Below, piece after piece: positions 25,438 to 38,117 of a stretch of DNA of 64,000 nucleotides. Below the pieces are notes generated by a model, which had not been told where the DNA came from, did not search any database, and saw only the letters and a list, made by a program, of their open reading frames with translations. Each line of letters starts with the position of its first letter. Position 1 is the first letter of the stretch. Source of the stretch: Marsupella aquatica (lineage: Eukaryota; Plantae; Marchantiophyta); assembly GCA_973895155.1 (NCBI GenBank), contig OZ316895.1, positions 4,963,181 through 5,027,180 on the forward strand, read 5' to 3'. A program made the position numbers and the translations under genes.

Positions 25438-26789
25438 TGTCGTGACATATAGTATCGTAGCCATAGTGTATCGAAAAATACAAGTCACCGGCAAGGCATA
25501 TGTGCAAGCTGCTAGCAACCAACATGCATAGAAAAAGTCCCATCACATTTACAAGTGCCAAGAAAAAGCAAATGAGGTGGTATGTAGTAGTGGAGGTGTA
25601 AACCTCTGTATATAAAAGGCGTAAGAGAAACAATTGTACTGAAATCGAATCGAAAACTGGCAGGATGCCAAGATCGGTCGGGAGCATCTAACGAATCACT
25701 GTGTGAATCCCGTGTACAGAATCGACGAGCACTGTTTGAGCTCTGTCAACAACGATTCAAGAAAAACTGAAAACCAACAAAGAAAGACATGCCCTAAGCA
25801 AGCAAAGTCCTGGCGTCACACTAACAAGCACATTTGCTTCAAGAACGGCCCAGACTTGCTACAAGAACATGTCGCTAACTCAGGTAGTACACTAGCCCTA
25901 ACGGCCCCATTCACAATTGGGTGTACCTCGTAGGAACCACTTTCAGGACTCAAAAACATGCTTTTTTAGTGAAAAATAACTTTCGTAACATGGAAAAAGG
26001 TTCATCATGATTTTATGTCAAGACATTTAAGTCTAATTTTTTCACAAGACTATTTTACATGGCGTAACCTACCTCACCATGTAGATACATCAAGTTTTCA
26101 ACTATTTTAAGGGATCCTTTTATTGATGGCCCTAAATAAGCCAAAATTACTAATTATTTTTGTCCTATACATAAAGATTTAGTGTGTGTCACTATTTAAG
26201 TTTTGAAATATAAGATTATGCTATTAGTATGCATGCTTTGGTAAAATTTCATTGTCTAAAATGCATTTTTTAGAGTCCTTTTGAGTCCTGAAATGATGTG
26301 ACCCATTGCGTGACAAGTTCTTTTATCAATCTTTGAAGGACATATAAAGAAAGCTTCAAAGTCTCAAATGCTAGATAGTTTAATGAATGTTACCAACCTC
26401 TAGGATGTTTATTAAGTATAGTACATCAAATTTTCTATATCATCTCCTTACACCCTAAAAATGATATCCTAAAGCATAATAAACTATGGTCACTTTTGAG
26501 TGTGACGTTCCTTTTGGGTCCTCCAATTGTGAATGAGGCCTAACTACATACCTAGCAGGCATGCGAGGGACATGCCAATGTGCATAAGAGGCACTGTCCC
26601 TCGGCATGACAGCTGTCGTGACATATAGTATCGTAGCCATAGTGTATCGAAAACATACAAGTCACCGGCAAGGCATATGTGCAAGCTGCTAGCAACCAAC
26701 ATGCATAGAAAAAGTCCCATCACATTTATAAGTGCCAAGAAAAAGCAAATGAGGTGGTATGTACGTAGTGGAGGTGTAAACCTCTGTAT
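25438..26789 (-). repeat. 3' split-repeat block B1-GC-A2-B2 of copy A2
   Basis: 25438-25611 repeats 26614-26789. 25612-26611 (minus the MITE) repeats 45202-45558. Junction TGACA-GC-TGTCG at 26607-26618. Confidence 0.92.
25903..26540. mobile_element. 638-bp AT-rich MITE (PIF/Harbinger-like) inside repeat A2
   Basis: 18-bp TIR GGCCCCATTCACAATTGG / CCAATTGTGAATGAGGCC (1 mismatch). Flanked by TAA(C) on both sides. Absent from the other A segments. Confidence 0.85.
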
Positions 26790-29700
26790 CCCCCCAGACC
26801 ACAGCCAAAAGGAGGGCTGAAGAAAAATCAGGTAGCATGTGGAGCACAGGAAGGGCAAAACCATAACCCTTCTGGCACCTGGGTAAGTTCAGGCCGAAGG
26901 TAGAAAAGATGGTACCCTCCATTGCAATTGTCACACAGCAGCATCTGGTCAGCATCATCAATTCGTAAACACACTTTGCAAGGGTAGTCCACAGGTGGAA
27001 TCCAAGTAGAAGTCACAATGGTGGGATCCAGATTAGGCAGATGACAAGGGGCGCAATTCTTGGCATTGTCAGCAATTGTGCGCCCATTTGCCCCTTGTAA
27101 CTCTAGCACTCCAGATGGTTGAATAGCTTTAACCCTGAGAATCGTATGACTGGTAGAGGTGTCTAGGGTGTCGTTAGCTTGCCGCTGCAAGTACACAAAA
27201 TCTCCCACATCAAAATTCCTGACCTTGGGCTGAAAAGTGCCCCCTCATGTGTGTGCATAATGCAGTGTGTCCCTGTCTTGTGCAATGGCCAAATTCTCCA
27301 TGGCCATGGGCATAACTCTCCTGAATAGGGCAGCCCTCTCAGAGATCACATCAGACCAAGTCACAGCTGAATCCAAGTCCACCACCTGAAGCATGTGAGC
27401 AGCAATAGCAGAAGGTGGAACTGGGTGACGACCAAACAACAAGAAGTAGGGAGAAAAGTTAGACAGTGATGCATGTCTGAACATCCTATACCCCATGGCA
27501 ATGTAGGGTAAGGCCAGATCCCAATCCTCCTTGTTTTTGGTGAGGCAGATCTTTCGGAGGCCCTTCTTGCATGTCTGAACTATGCGCTCTGCCAAGCCAT
27601 CTGCCTATGGGTGATCTCGTGATGTCCAACGATGATCAATGAGGGCCTGATCAAGCAGCTCCTGGAACTCTCCTCTAAACTTTGAGCCCTGGTCAGTGAG
27701 ACATTCTGCACAAGCTCCAAAGCGGCTGAGAACTTGTTGCAAGAATGCCTGGCTGGTGCTACGGGAGGTCTTATCCGGCAATGCCACAAGTTCTATCCAC
27801 TTGGAGAAATGCTCTATCATGAACATGATGTAGAGATTACCCCAAGACGTGAGGGGTAATTCTCCAGCCAAATCACATGACCAGCAATAAAACATGCCCT
27901 GAATAGGGAGTGGATGAAGTGTGGGTTGCCGAGATGTGAAAGAAGTCCTCACCCTATCACATTGTTCACACCGGGCAATAACATCTCGAACCTGGCCATG
28001 CATGCCTCTCCAATGATAATGAGGGACCAAGAGGCTGTAAGTCCTCTTAACGCCAAAATGACCAAGCTCATAATGTACCTTACGGATAAGGCCAACCCTC
28101 TCATGAATGGGTGGAACCACCACTTCCCTGTTTGGCAAGCAGCGCACGAGATGATCTCCCTTCCACAAGTAACGCTTGGACCTTTGCTGAATTTGGTCTC
28201 TCTGGGCAGTAGTAACATGTATGGGGTACTCCCCATGCTGCAAAAATCTTAGAGTGTTGTTGTCCTCCCATATGTCCACCACAAGTTGGTCAACAACATA
28301 GCATGGCAGCAAAGCAAGATAGGTAGATGCATGAAATGTAGGCAGGATGGAAACCTGGTCAAAATCCTGTCGTGCATCTGAGGAATCATTAGAGGCAATC
28401 AAAGGGCTGCGGGACATAGTGTCAGCATTTTGATGTGTCACACCAGGCCTATGAATTACCTCAAAATCATACTCTTGGAGTATGAGCGCCCAACGAGCAA
28501 GCTTGCCATTAAGCTTGTCGTTGGTCATCAACCACTTCAAGGGCTGGTGGTCGGTGTAGAGAACAAACCTAGTCCCATAGAGGTAGGGCCTATAATGTAT
28601 GACAGCCCACACAACAGCAAGACATTCACCCTCATAAGAAGAATAATGACTCTCTACTTGATTGTTGCTCCTGGATGCATAGGCAATGACGTACTCTTTA
28701 CCTTCCTCATCATGCTGGCCCAGAATGGCACCAATCCCAAGGGCACTCCAATCTGTGTGTAGCACAAAGACCTTGCTGAAATCAGGTCTTCTAAGCACCG
28801 GGTATTCTGAGAGCTTCTCCTTCAAAGTGGCAAATGCTGCCTCAGCATCTGTACTCCATGTCCAAGTCACATTCTTTTTCAACAAAGAGTACAATGGATG
28901 TGCAATGGTACTGAAATCTTTGATGTAAATCCGGTAGTAATTGCACAACCCAATAAAGCTCCTAAGAGTGTGAACATCAGTAGGAGTGGGCATTTCCAAG
29001 ATGGATACCACTTTGGCCCAGTGAGCCATGGTTCCATTTGGAAGAATGCGGTGCCCAAGGTATACTACTGATCTGACAGCAAATTCACACTTCTTGGGAT
29101 GTATCTTTAGGTTCACCTTCTTAAGCCTCATGAATAGCTCCTCAAGGTCAAGTAGATGTTGGTCAAATCCTTTGCTGTGGACCAACACATCATCAATGTA
29201 GCATTTCAGAAACTCAACACCTTGAAGAACCTGGTCCATGACTCTTTGAAAGAATATGGGCGCATTCTTCAAGCCAAATGGCATCACCAACCACTCCCAT
29301 AGTTGGTTATTACCATGGAAAGTTGTTTTCTTGCGATCCTTTGCAAGCAGCAAAATTTGGTTGAAGCCTTGCCTTAGATCCACAAGAGTGAAGATGTCTG
29401 AGTCTCCAATGCTATCAAATAGCTCGTCTGGCTGCGGCATGGGGTACCTATCCTGGGGTGTGACCAGGTTCAATGGCCTGTAGTCCCCACACATGCGCTT
29501 CTCTGTCCACAATCCACTGGAATTCTTCTTTGCTGGCATCACTGTAGCTGCTACAAATCTGATGTAGATGGCTGAATAAGACCAGCTTCATAGAGCTCTT
29601 GGCACCTCTCATCCACCAGCTACCACTCATGCTTACTCAAACGGTGTCTCCGCCTGAAGATAGGTGTTTCATCAGCCAACTCAATGGAGAACTGCATAGT

Positions 29701-30162
29701 CTTGCACTTACCCAAGTCCTTCATAGAGAAAGCAAACACATTCTCATGATTGCTTGAGGAGCAAATTCAGCAGCTGGTCCTTCTGTCTTTTACTCAGGTG
29801 GTTGCCCATGATGAATGTGTAGTTGGCAACACTAGGAATAGGACCTGATGTACTCGTGCTTGAAGAACCAGAAGTGCTAGCCTCTCTACTGTCCAAGCTG
29901 CTAGCATGCTGCTGATAAGGTGATGAGGCCTCGCCAAGGCCTGTTGTACCTGCTGATCTGGGTTGGTCCACACCATGAAACTCAGAAATAATGTCAGCCA
30001 CATTACAAGGGACCTCCTCCCCCCAACACTTGGCTTGAAGCGGTGAGTGTTGAATAGAGGTAAGTGCACCTGGTCTGGATGCCATGTAACAGCACCATGG
30101 AGTGGTAGGGCTGGAACTCTAGATGCTGAATGAATGTACATCTGAAAAAGGATGCAAGTTAC

Positions 30163-31103
30163 CAGAAGCCAAGTGAGAGCATTGAGATCCATTACCCTGC
30201 CAAGTAAAGCATTCCTGGCCAACCTGGTGATTTTGGTGTGACATGTAGTACCGGGTTGGAAGCCCATACCCCGTTCTCTCTCCTCAGGACTAGGTTCATC
30301 CCATGTACCGGTAGAATGTCGATAAACCAGGCCAGGACCATCACCCTGAAAAGCATGTGCACCGGGAAAGGATACAAATGTAGGCCAAGCAGCACGGGGC
30401 TGTCCAATGGTATTGGCTGGATACCAAGGTGCTGGCTCTTGCCGTGTAACTGGTTGGCAAGAACTGTCAGGATCCAAAATCTGGTCCACTATGAGGTTAG
30501 TGTCCCTGGATGTGTGGTGAAGAGCTAACTCCAACAAGGAAGGTGGTGCAAGGTTAGTCCAAAAGTTACGAAGATGATGTGCATAAGAACCACAGTGCAT
30601 TGCATCAATGAGAAGGGGTGGTCCCAAGTAGTGTTGGACCACACTGAAATCCTCTTTGACCTGTGGACGCTGGTCAAACTGAGATGGAGTATTCTCAATG
30701 ATATAACCAACAGCAGGATAAAGGGATTGAGCCTAGGTGAGAATCTGAACCAATGCTGTGAAAAGGCCAGAATGAGAGTCATGCAATCCAGCACCATGAC
30801 CAGCAGCTGAAAACCCTTGGCATTCCCAACCAGCTATGATCAAATCAAGGGAACCAAGAAGGGTTAAGTGTCGGTGCTGGACAAGCTGGATATCTGGAGG
30901 GAAGAAAGAAAATGCAGACTTCCATGCATTGTGTGGAAACTGCTGAGGAAATCGTTCTGAAAATTCTAGCAGACGAGATTCAGCCACTTGCCTTGCACCT
31001 GGATCAATGTCCACGTAGATGTACTGCTTCACCACCATGCCGGACTGTAGAAGAGCTTCCAGGCCTGTAGAAATGCCACCAAAAAGCTCAAGCAATGTAA
31101 GGC
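30163..31103 (-). other. DNMT3-like methyltransferase domain of A2
   Basis: LLELFGGISTG, IIAGWECQG, ENTP, AHHLRNFWTN, ERERGMGF, RNALLGRVMDLN. In-frame stop near 30733. Confidence 0.88.
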
Positions 31104-33923
31104 CATCCAGAGCAGGAGTCCATGTAACTGGTGCGCTCAAGATTGGGGCTATTGGCTGTCCATTGTGCTGCCCAAGGTCTTCAAACTTGCGCAATGCAGC
31201 CACCAAAGATCCATGGGCTGCTTGGAGCCGTTGTACCACCTCTGGTTGATGATCCACGTTGCTGGAAAGTGCTGCTATACGTGTAGCAGCATGTGCAGCA
31301 ACCACCTCATCGTCATCCTCCTCAATCCAATCCTGCAATGGGTGGTTGACATAGGTAGCTGTGTGCACTGCTTTCAACACACAGTGGTGAGCCATAGGTG
31401 TATGGGCACCATGCAAATCAAGTGGAATGTAGCCCAAGTGTGAGCCATCAGTATGCCAATCAACTCTGTAGTATGCATGCTCATGCCAGTTGTCAATGGT
31501 AAAACCTGGTGGGAACAAAGCCTCCTGGCCAATGAGCACATCATACGTAGTGGCATTGGTAACCAAACATCTGACTGGGAAATGCAATTCCTGATCTGTA
31601 CCTCCATTAAAAGTGAGAGTGAGTAAAGTAGAACTCTCACCCAGCACATCCTCCACAGTGCCACTAGCAGTCCAAATATGCTACCTGGATTGCTATAAAT
31701 GATCAGTCAGCAGTCCCATCTTCTTGGCAAACTGAATGCCCAATATCACTGGTTGAGCGCCTATGTCTAGCATGACCACCTGAGGAGTGTGACCCTCCAA
31801 CTTGACCGCTGAATTCCTGTTATCAACAATGGCAATGGTGGTGGAAACTGAAGTCTTGTCGCTAGGCACCACTTTTGGCAGATGATGAGGTACCTTGTGA
31901 AGGGAGTTAGTATCCATGGTCTTTCCACTCAATAGCATAGTCAGGAAAGATGGAGTAGCATGAGCAGAATCCAGTGTAGCTCTGGTCACACAATCTGCAG
32001 CAATACTATCATCGCTACCACTGGAAATTGGTACTGGGATAGCCAAACCAGTGGAAGCATGTAATGGAGAAGAAGAAGGTCCAGTATGTACATGAGATTG
32101 GACCTCCAAAACCGGTGTCACAGGGGCTGATGAAGAATGCAGTGAGCCCTCTAGCGCTCTGATGACAGCTCTAGCATCCAGCTGTAAATCATGGCAACTG
32201 AAAAGTGGAGTTGTAAGAATCCTTTGTGCCATACCGGAGGTGAAATGCTCAAGCAGCTCAGGAGAAACAACTCCCTGTGAAATGTCAGCAACACCTGGTG
32301 GTGGAATGGATGTAGCTGTAGCTCCCTCCCCCCTTGCCAACAAGGTGCGCTCTTCAGCAAGTGTGAGTGGCTGAAAGGATTGGGGCATGACAGCCCGAGC
32401 TCCCCTGGCTCTAGTCATAGGACCAGCAGCAAGACCATCATCCTGTACAATGCGGCGGGTGGGAGCAGTACGGGAAGCAGCACTGGCCTGCTGGTAAGCA
32501 AAATAGGAAGGGCAGAATGAATCTGAAAATTCTGCCGTAAGGCCAGGCTATGTAGCAGAGGACAACACACACTCACCCATATGAGCATCAAATGGCAAGC
32601 CATAGAAAGAGCGGGGTAGAGGTGCTGAACTGTCAGTGGTGCCTGAGCCAGGGATGGGTTGCACGTGACCAGCCGGTTGAGAAGGACCAGCAGAGGCAGT
32701 TGACTTGCCTTTGATATTGGCAAGTTGGGCACGTAAGGACTCAACCTCATGAGTTAGAGATTGAAGTTGAGTTGCCTGTGCATTGTGAGCCTCCTTCTGA
32801 GCTGGTTACTTCTGTTGCTGCTTGGGCAATTTGTTGGCACCAGGTGCTTTGCCATTGGAAGGAGGAGCAGTTGATGCAATAGGAGCCCTCCTAGCTGGTG
32901 GGGGAGTGGAAACAGGAGCAGGATGAGTGGCCTGTTGTCGTAGCTGCTTCCTCTCTGGGAATTTGGCAAAACAAACTGCTTCCAAGTGACCCACTTTCCC
33001 GCAAAAATCACAAGACAGATCCTCAACAACAATATCACATTCATTAGCCTTGTGATTGGGGTTACCACAGTAGTTGCAAGATGGCAGCATGAAAGCAACA
33101 TGTGCTGGCTTGGTTTTGGAACCGTATGGTGGCACACGGGAAGGGGTGGCCAATGTAGGGGCAGCAGCCTGGTACCTGGATCGCGGTGGACGCGCAATAC
33201 TGGCCTCATAATGTGCATGGGCCAACTCAAGTTTGTCAGTAGTGTCATAGACATTGAGCAATGTGTAGCTGTCTCCAAACTCTGAGAATACTTGCTGCAA
33301 CACTTGCGAATGGAGAGCTGGTGTGCCCTCCAATGCACGAAGATAGCGATGCGCAGCCTCCAGGTCAGTGATGCTCTGGGTGTCCTCCTTCAGCTTGAGA
33401 AGCCGGCGATACATCATCTTCAATGTTTCATCGCGTTGCCTCACAAAGGTAGCCAACTGCATGATTTTGGCAGCACTCTTGATTGGGAATTCCAATTCAA
33501 GAACCTGGAAAAACTCAGCCATTGGATCAGCAAAGGCAGGAGAATCAATAGTGGGAGAAATGCCTGATGTAGCCTGTGCCAAGACAGTGGGAGTTGTCAC
33601 ACCATTCTGAGTAGTGTAGTAGTATATCGTGCTATTAGAGTATGTACGTTTGGTATGAGTGCTATTGGAGCCGATAAGGTTCTGTCAGGTTTGTGTGAGA
33701 GGGTACTTCTCACTTGTGAGGCATTGAAAGGTCATCTTTCAATGTTGAGCCTTGGAGAGAGAGGAGCTTGAGTGTGGCTATGGTGGCTGTGAGCTCCGCT
33801 TGTGTAACGTGGATTCCTTGAGTAGTGCAAGGTGCGTTGGCTTGACATACATGTGTGATCGGATCGGTGCGGGATCGATGGGGTATTGTTGACCGAGATC
33901 GTTGTGCCGATTGTATGGAGATT

Positions 33924-33935
33924 ACATTGAAAGAT
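33924..33935 (+). promoter_or_regulatory. Putative self-priming primer-binding site of element B
   Basis: ACATTGAAAGAT directly follows repeat A1 and is the exact reverse complement of ATCTTTCAATGT at 33734-33745 inside A1. There is no TGG-type tRNA PBS. Confidence 0.7.
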
Positions 33936-36900
33936 CACATTCGAAATCTGTTGTACGGACTGTGCGGACAGAAGTTCGATTGATTGAGTTGTCGACGGTT
34001 CGTGGTAGCTCGGATCGTGTGTTGTTATCGAACAGATTGTTGGTATCTTGACCTGTATCGTTGTTGTCCGATCGGCCTGCTTCCCGATCGATGTACAAAT
34101 CTGTGATTGGTGACAGGTTTTGAGTTGGAGGTCGATTGATGATTCGTGGAGGAAAGCGAATGTTGAGTAGATGTTGGACAGTGGAAGTCGATCCGTGAGG
34201 CTTCAGATCCGATTGCCGGCTACTGTGAGGCTTCAGATCTGATTGTTGGCTACTGTGGGGCTTCAAATCTGATTGCCGGCTATTGTTGGACGATGTTGGC
34301 AAGGCGCAGGTGAAGCGATGGCTCTTTTCCTGAAGGAACGGAGCTGCCAATGCCCCGTGCGACGGTATCATCATTTCAGTGAAAGAAACGAGGGTCAAGG
34401 GTGTTGAATCAAGCTGCTGCCAATTCTGTGGAAGGGCTGCGTTTTTCATGAAGGAAATCAACAGTTTTCGGGAGCTTTTCGTGAAGGAAGTAGTCGTTTT
34501 TGGGGTTAGGTGTGAGGCGCACGAGGTCACCCATCCCGAAAGTGCTCACGCGAGGCGACGCGTGAGGTCACCCATCCCGAAAGTGCTCCCAACCGCGAGC
34601 GCGAAGTCACCCATTGCGAGCGCAGGCAGGCGTGAGGTCGAGGTCACCCATCCCGGGGCTATTCCGGGCCGTGAGCGCGAGGGGAGGCACAAGGTCGAGC
34701 GCGAGGAGGTCACCCATCCCGGGGCTATTCCCAGCCGCGAGCGCTTAACTGGCAAGTTCTCATCCCACCTTGTGTACACACAAGCTTTGACAACTTGTTG
34801 TTTAGATTCAAGCGCCAGGGGGCTTTATACACTTCCCGGTTTGTTTAGAGGCCTATTCTAGGCCAAATCAGAGGCTGTTTGAGGGTTTTTGATACTTCTG
34901 AGTCCATCTAGACTCACAGATTGAACCAATTTTGCCTTGGTTCTCATCTACAACATTGGAGTGCCATTGTGAAGCCTATTATGAAGGCTCTTCCTTGAAC
35001 CTTATGCACATTGTCATATTGATTTGCATTTGCTTTTGTGTGGAGAGTTGAATGGTATCCATTCTTGTTTCTGGATCCTCTTCACACATGTTTCCTGTTT
35101 ATGCGCCATGTTAGTTTCATGTGGGCGCTTGATTCCATAGGAGTGATCCGGGTTTGCAACTGGACATTCTAGTGTGCTGTGTATTTCTCTCTTGGTGATG
35201 TTGGAGTGATGCCCAACACACCATGGTGAGTGCTTGTGGTGCTGACAGGGATAGATTGCCCTTAGGGTTAGCACATAGATTAGGTTAGGGTTGGTCACCA
35301 CGGATTCTTCTGGTGCTGCTGGATTACCCGATGGACGACGGACCGGTTTCACTCGGAGTGGGGCACAGTTTCGGCCAGCGGCATTGGTAGCAGTCAGCAG
35401 TGCAGCTTCAGACAGTGATTCTGATGAGGACTCAGTGACCAGTTCTCCTCATCATCAGGTGGTTGCACCTTTGTTGTGGGATATGGACGAGATGTACGGG
35501 GCTACAAAGGGCCCACGACGATACTCTGGTGCAGTTGGCACAATTGATCTGGATGACTTCATCCAGGAGTTTGATACGTGGTGCGATATGCAGACATTGC
35601 GTAATGTCACGTTGTTTACCCCTTTCATGGCATGGAAGGGATTATTCCAACATTTGGAGGGGCCACCCATGGATGACTACCATGAGTTTCGGAAGGCTCA
35701 TTTGGTTGAGATTGAGGCATGGAGGCAGCATTGGTCACCTAATTACGTGTCCATCACCTATGGCACTAGTGTGGCTGCCCAACCAATTGCCACAGCTGCT
35801 GCTTCTTCTAGCAGCACTAGCCAGAGTGGCACACCATCCACCAGCAGCACTCCAGCAGCATCCACCACTACTCTTGCCGGTGTGATTGTGACAGGAACTA
35901 GAGTTGCGCCAGCATTTAATCATGTGGTGGAATTCTTTGAGGTACTGAAGCAGAACTATCAGGGTGTGAGAACTGATAAGTTGAAGGGTCTTCAGGAGTT
36001 CCAACGCAAGACTGGAGAAAGCCTACGTGAGGCATACACACGTATGCGCAGATTGATCACTGTCACCAAGGGAGTGACAGAGGCTCAGGCAGTCCAATTT
36101 TGGTATGCAATTCTGGACAGAGAATTGCGACGCAGAGTGAGAGATGTCACTCTGCTTAGGGATGCAGATCCCACATTAGCAGTTGTTTTCACCCTTTCTG
36201 AGCGCATTGAGCTCAATATGGTGAATGAGAAGGTGGTGACTTCCGAATTTTCCAAGGAAGCACCAAAGGCTGCATCTACATCCACACTAGAAGCCTACTG
36301 CACGAGAGTCTACCAGCCAGAGACCTGTGCCCTCTTATGTTGGATAGCAGTCAGGATGTTGGACCTGTGGTGGGGATCATGCACAGAGATATTGTCCAGA
36401 TCATAGAGGATCAGGGGGAGCATCAGCGCCTGATCAGCGACAGTGTGATCACTGTGGAGCTCCTGGACACACCAAGGATAGGTGTTTCTCACTCCACCCT
36501 GAGTTACGGAGAGGAGGATCCCGTACACATGATCAGGGAAGAGGAGGAGGAGGTAGAGGTGGTGGACGTGGTCGTGGCATGCCACATGCAGGGAGACAGG
36601 GAGGTGACGCTACCCCTACTGTAACCATAGATCCAAAGGATGCTAAGATTGCTCAATTGGAGCAACAACTAGCTGCCATGGCTAGTTCCCAGGTGAGACC
36701 TAATTCTGGTGATGGGGCATCTACATCCTATGGACCTTCCACATCCCATGGTCCTTCCACATCTTATGGAGCTGATGGAGACCTTGCCACCATGGGATTC
36801 ATGTATGGCACTGCACATATTGATGCATCAGCAGCTTTGACACGTGGGGCAGCCAAAGCTCTTGAGCCCCGAGGAGCAGTAGTGGAGTTAGATCCACAAA

Positions 36901-38117
36901 GGGGGGATGCACGTCGGCAGACAAAGCTTCCTCAGTCTTTTACATTGTCAGAGACAGTTCAGACTGCCTCTATGAACCCGGTTCGGACAAACCCTGATGT
37001 GGGTAAGTTGGCAAAATCAGGTAGTGATGCAGCAGGGATGACAGGTACCTTGCTGGGGGCGGCTACTGCCATAGTACGCACCCCATTATTTTCAGCGACA
37101 GACATGCTGAACTTGGGAGTTGGTCCTGCAGAAGTGTTCAGATTGGCAGCTACACTCTGTGAGGACACTCCAGTGGTTGCTTCCCATGCAGAAGCAATTT
37201 GCAGTGTTGATGCAGTGAAGACCATGCCACCTATTGCTACTAGTGAGACATGGCATGCAGCAACAACGAGGTTGGTGGATTTACCAGCACGCCCTGCATT
37301 TGAGAGGACTAGGTTTAAACCTAGTGTTGTGTCATTGGATAATCGGAGTGGTATCTTCCGATTAGTTGGGCCTTCTGGAGCAGTATACCAGCTAGAGAGA
37401 GTGTTATTGGATACTGGTGCTCAGCCCTTGATGTTGGGGAAGTCTGCCATACGTGGATTGGGATTGCGTCCAGAGGATTTGGAGGATTGTCCCTTTCCCA
37501 TTCAGACTTCATTGGGGGGACCTACACCTACACAGCATATCACCAGGAGACCACTTGATTTGAGGATTCAGGAAGGTCATACCACAGATAGCTCACAGAT
37601 ACAGGCGCGAGCTATTCTGACTAAGGCAGAGTCATATGATGTGTTGGTGGGATGTACAGTGCTCTACCCCATGGGATTTATTCTTGATTTTTGGGAGGAA
37701 TCAGTGTCATATAGACCTGATTGGCAGTCAGGAGATGCTCGATTGAGCAAATTGCCAGTGAGATTTAGTGGACCTATGGGAGGCCCTAAATCCACACCAT
37801 TGTCTTTGGCAGCATTCAGTGGTGTAATTGCTGGACCTGATGATTTGATTGAGGGTAATACGCATGCAGCCGATGTTCCACCATTGGAGGAGTCTCATGA
37901 GGAGCACATCATGCGAGGATTACCTGTTGGCAATGTTGTGCCACCAGTGTGGGGCACTGCACAAGCCTTGCCACAGGCAACAGCACGATTGGTACATGAT
38001 GCATGGCGTCATGCTTTTACACCACAGTCAGGAGCAGAGCAGTCTCTTGCAGATGGACCTGTGACTCTTTCACCATTGGATACCACTCCTATTGCTTGGC
38101 AGTATCCACCGGAGGGT

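Noticed and set aside
33922-34861. ORFs in the element B leader (202 aa minus, 160 aa plus) and similar ORFs in the A leaders
   Set aside because: They are low-complexity translations of GC-rich repeats, not conserved between copies, and have no recognisable domain.
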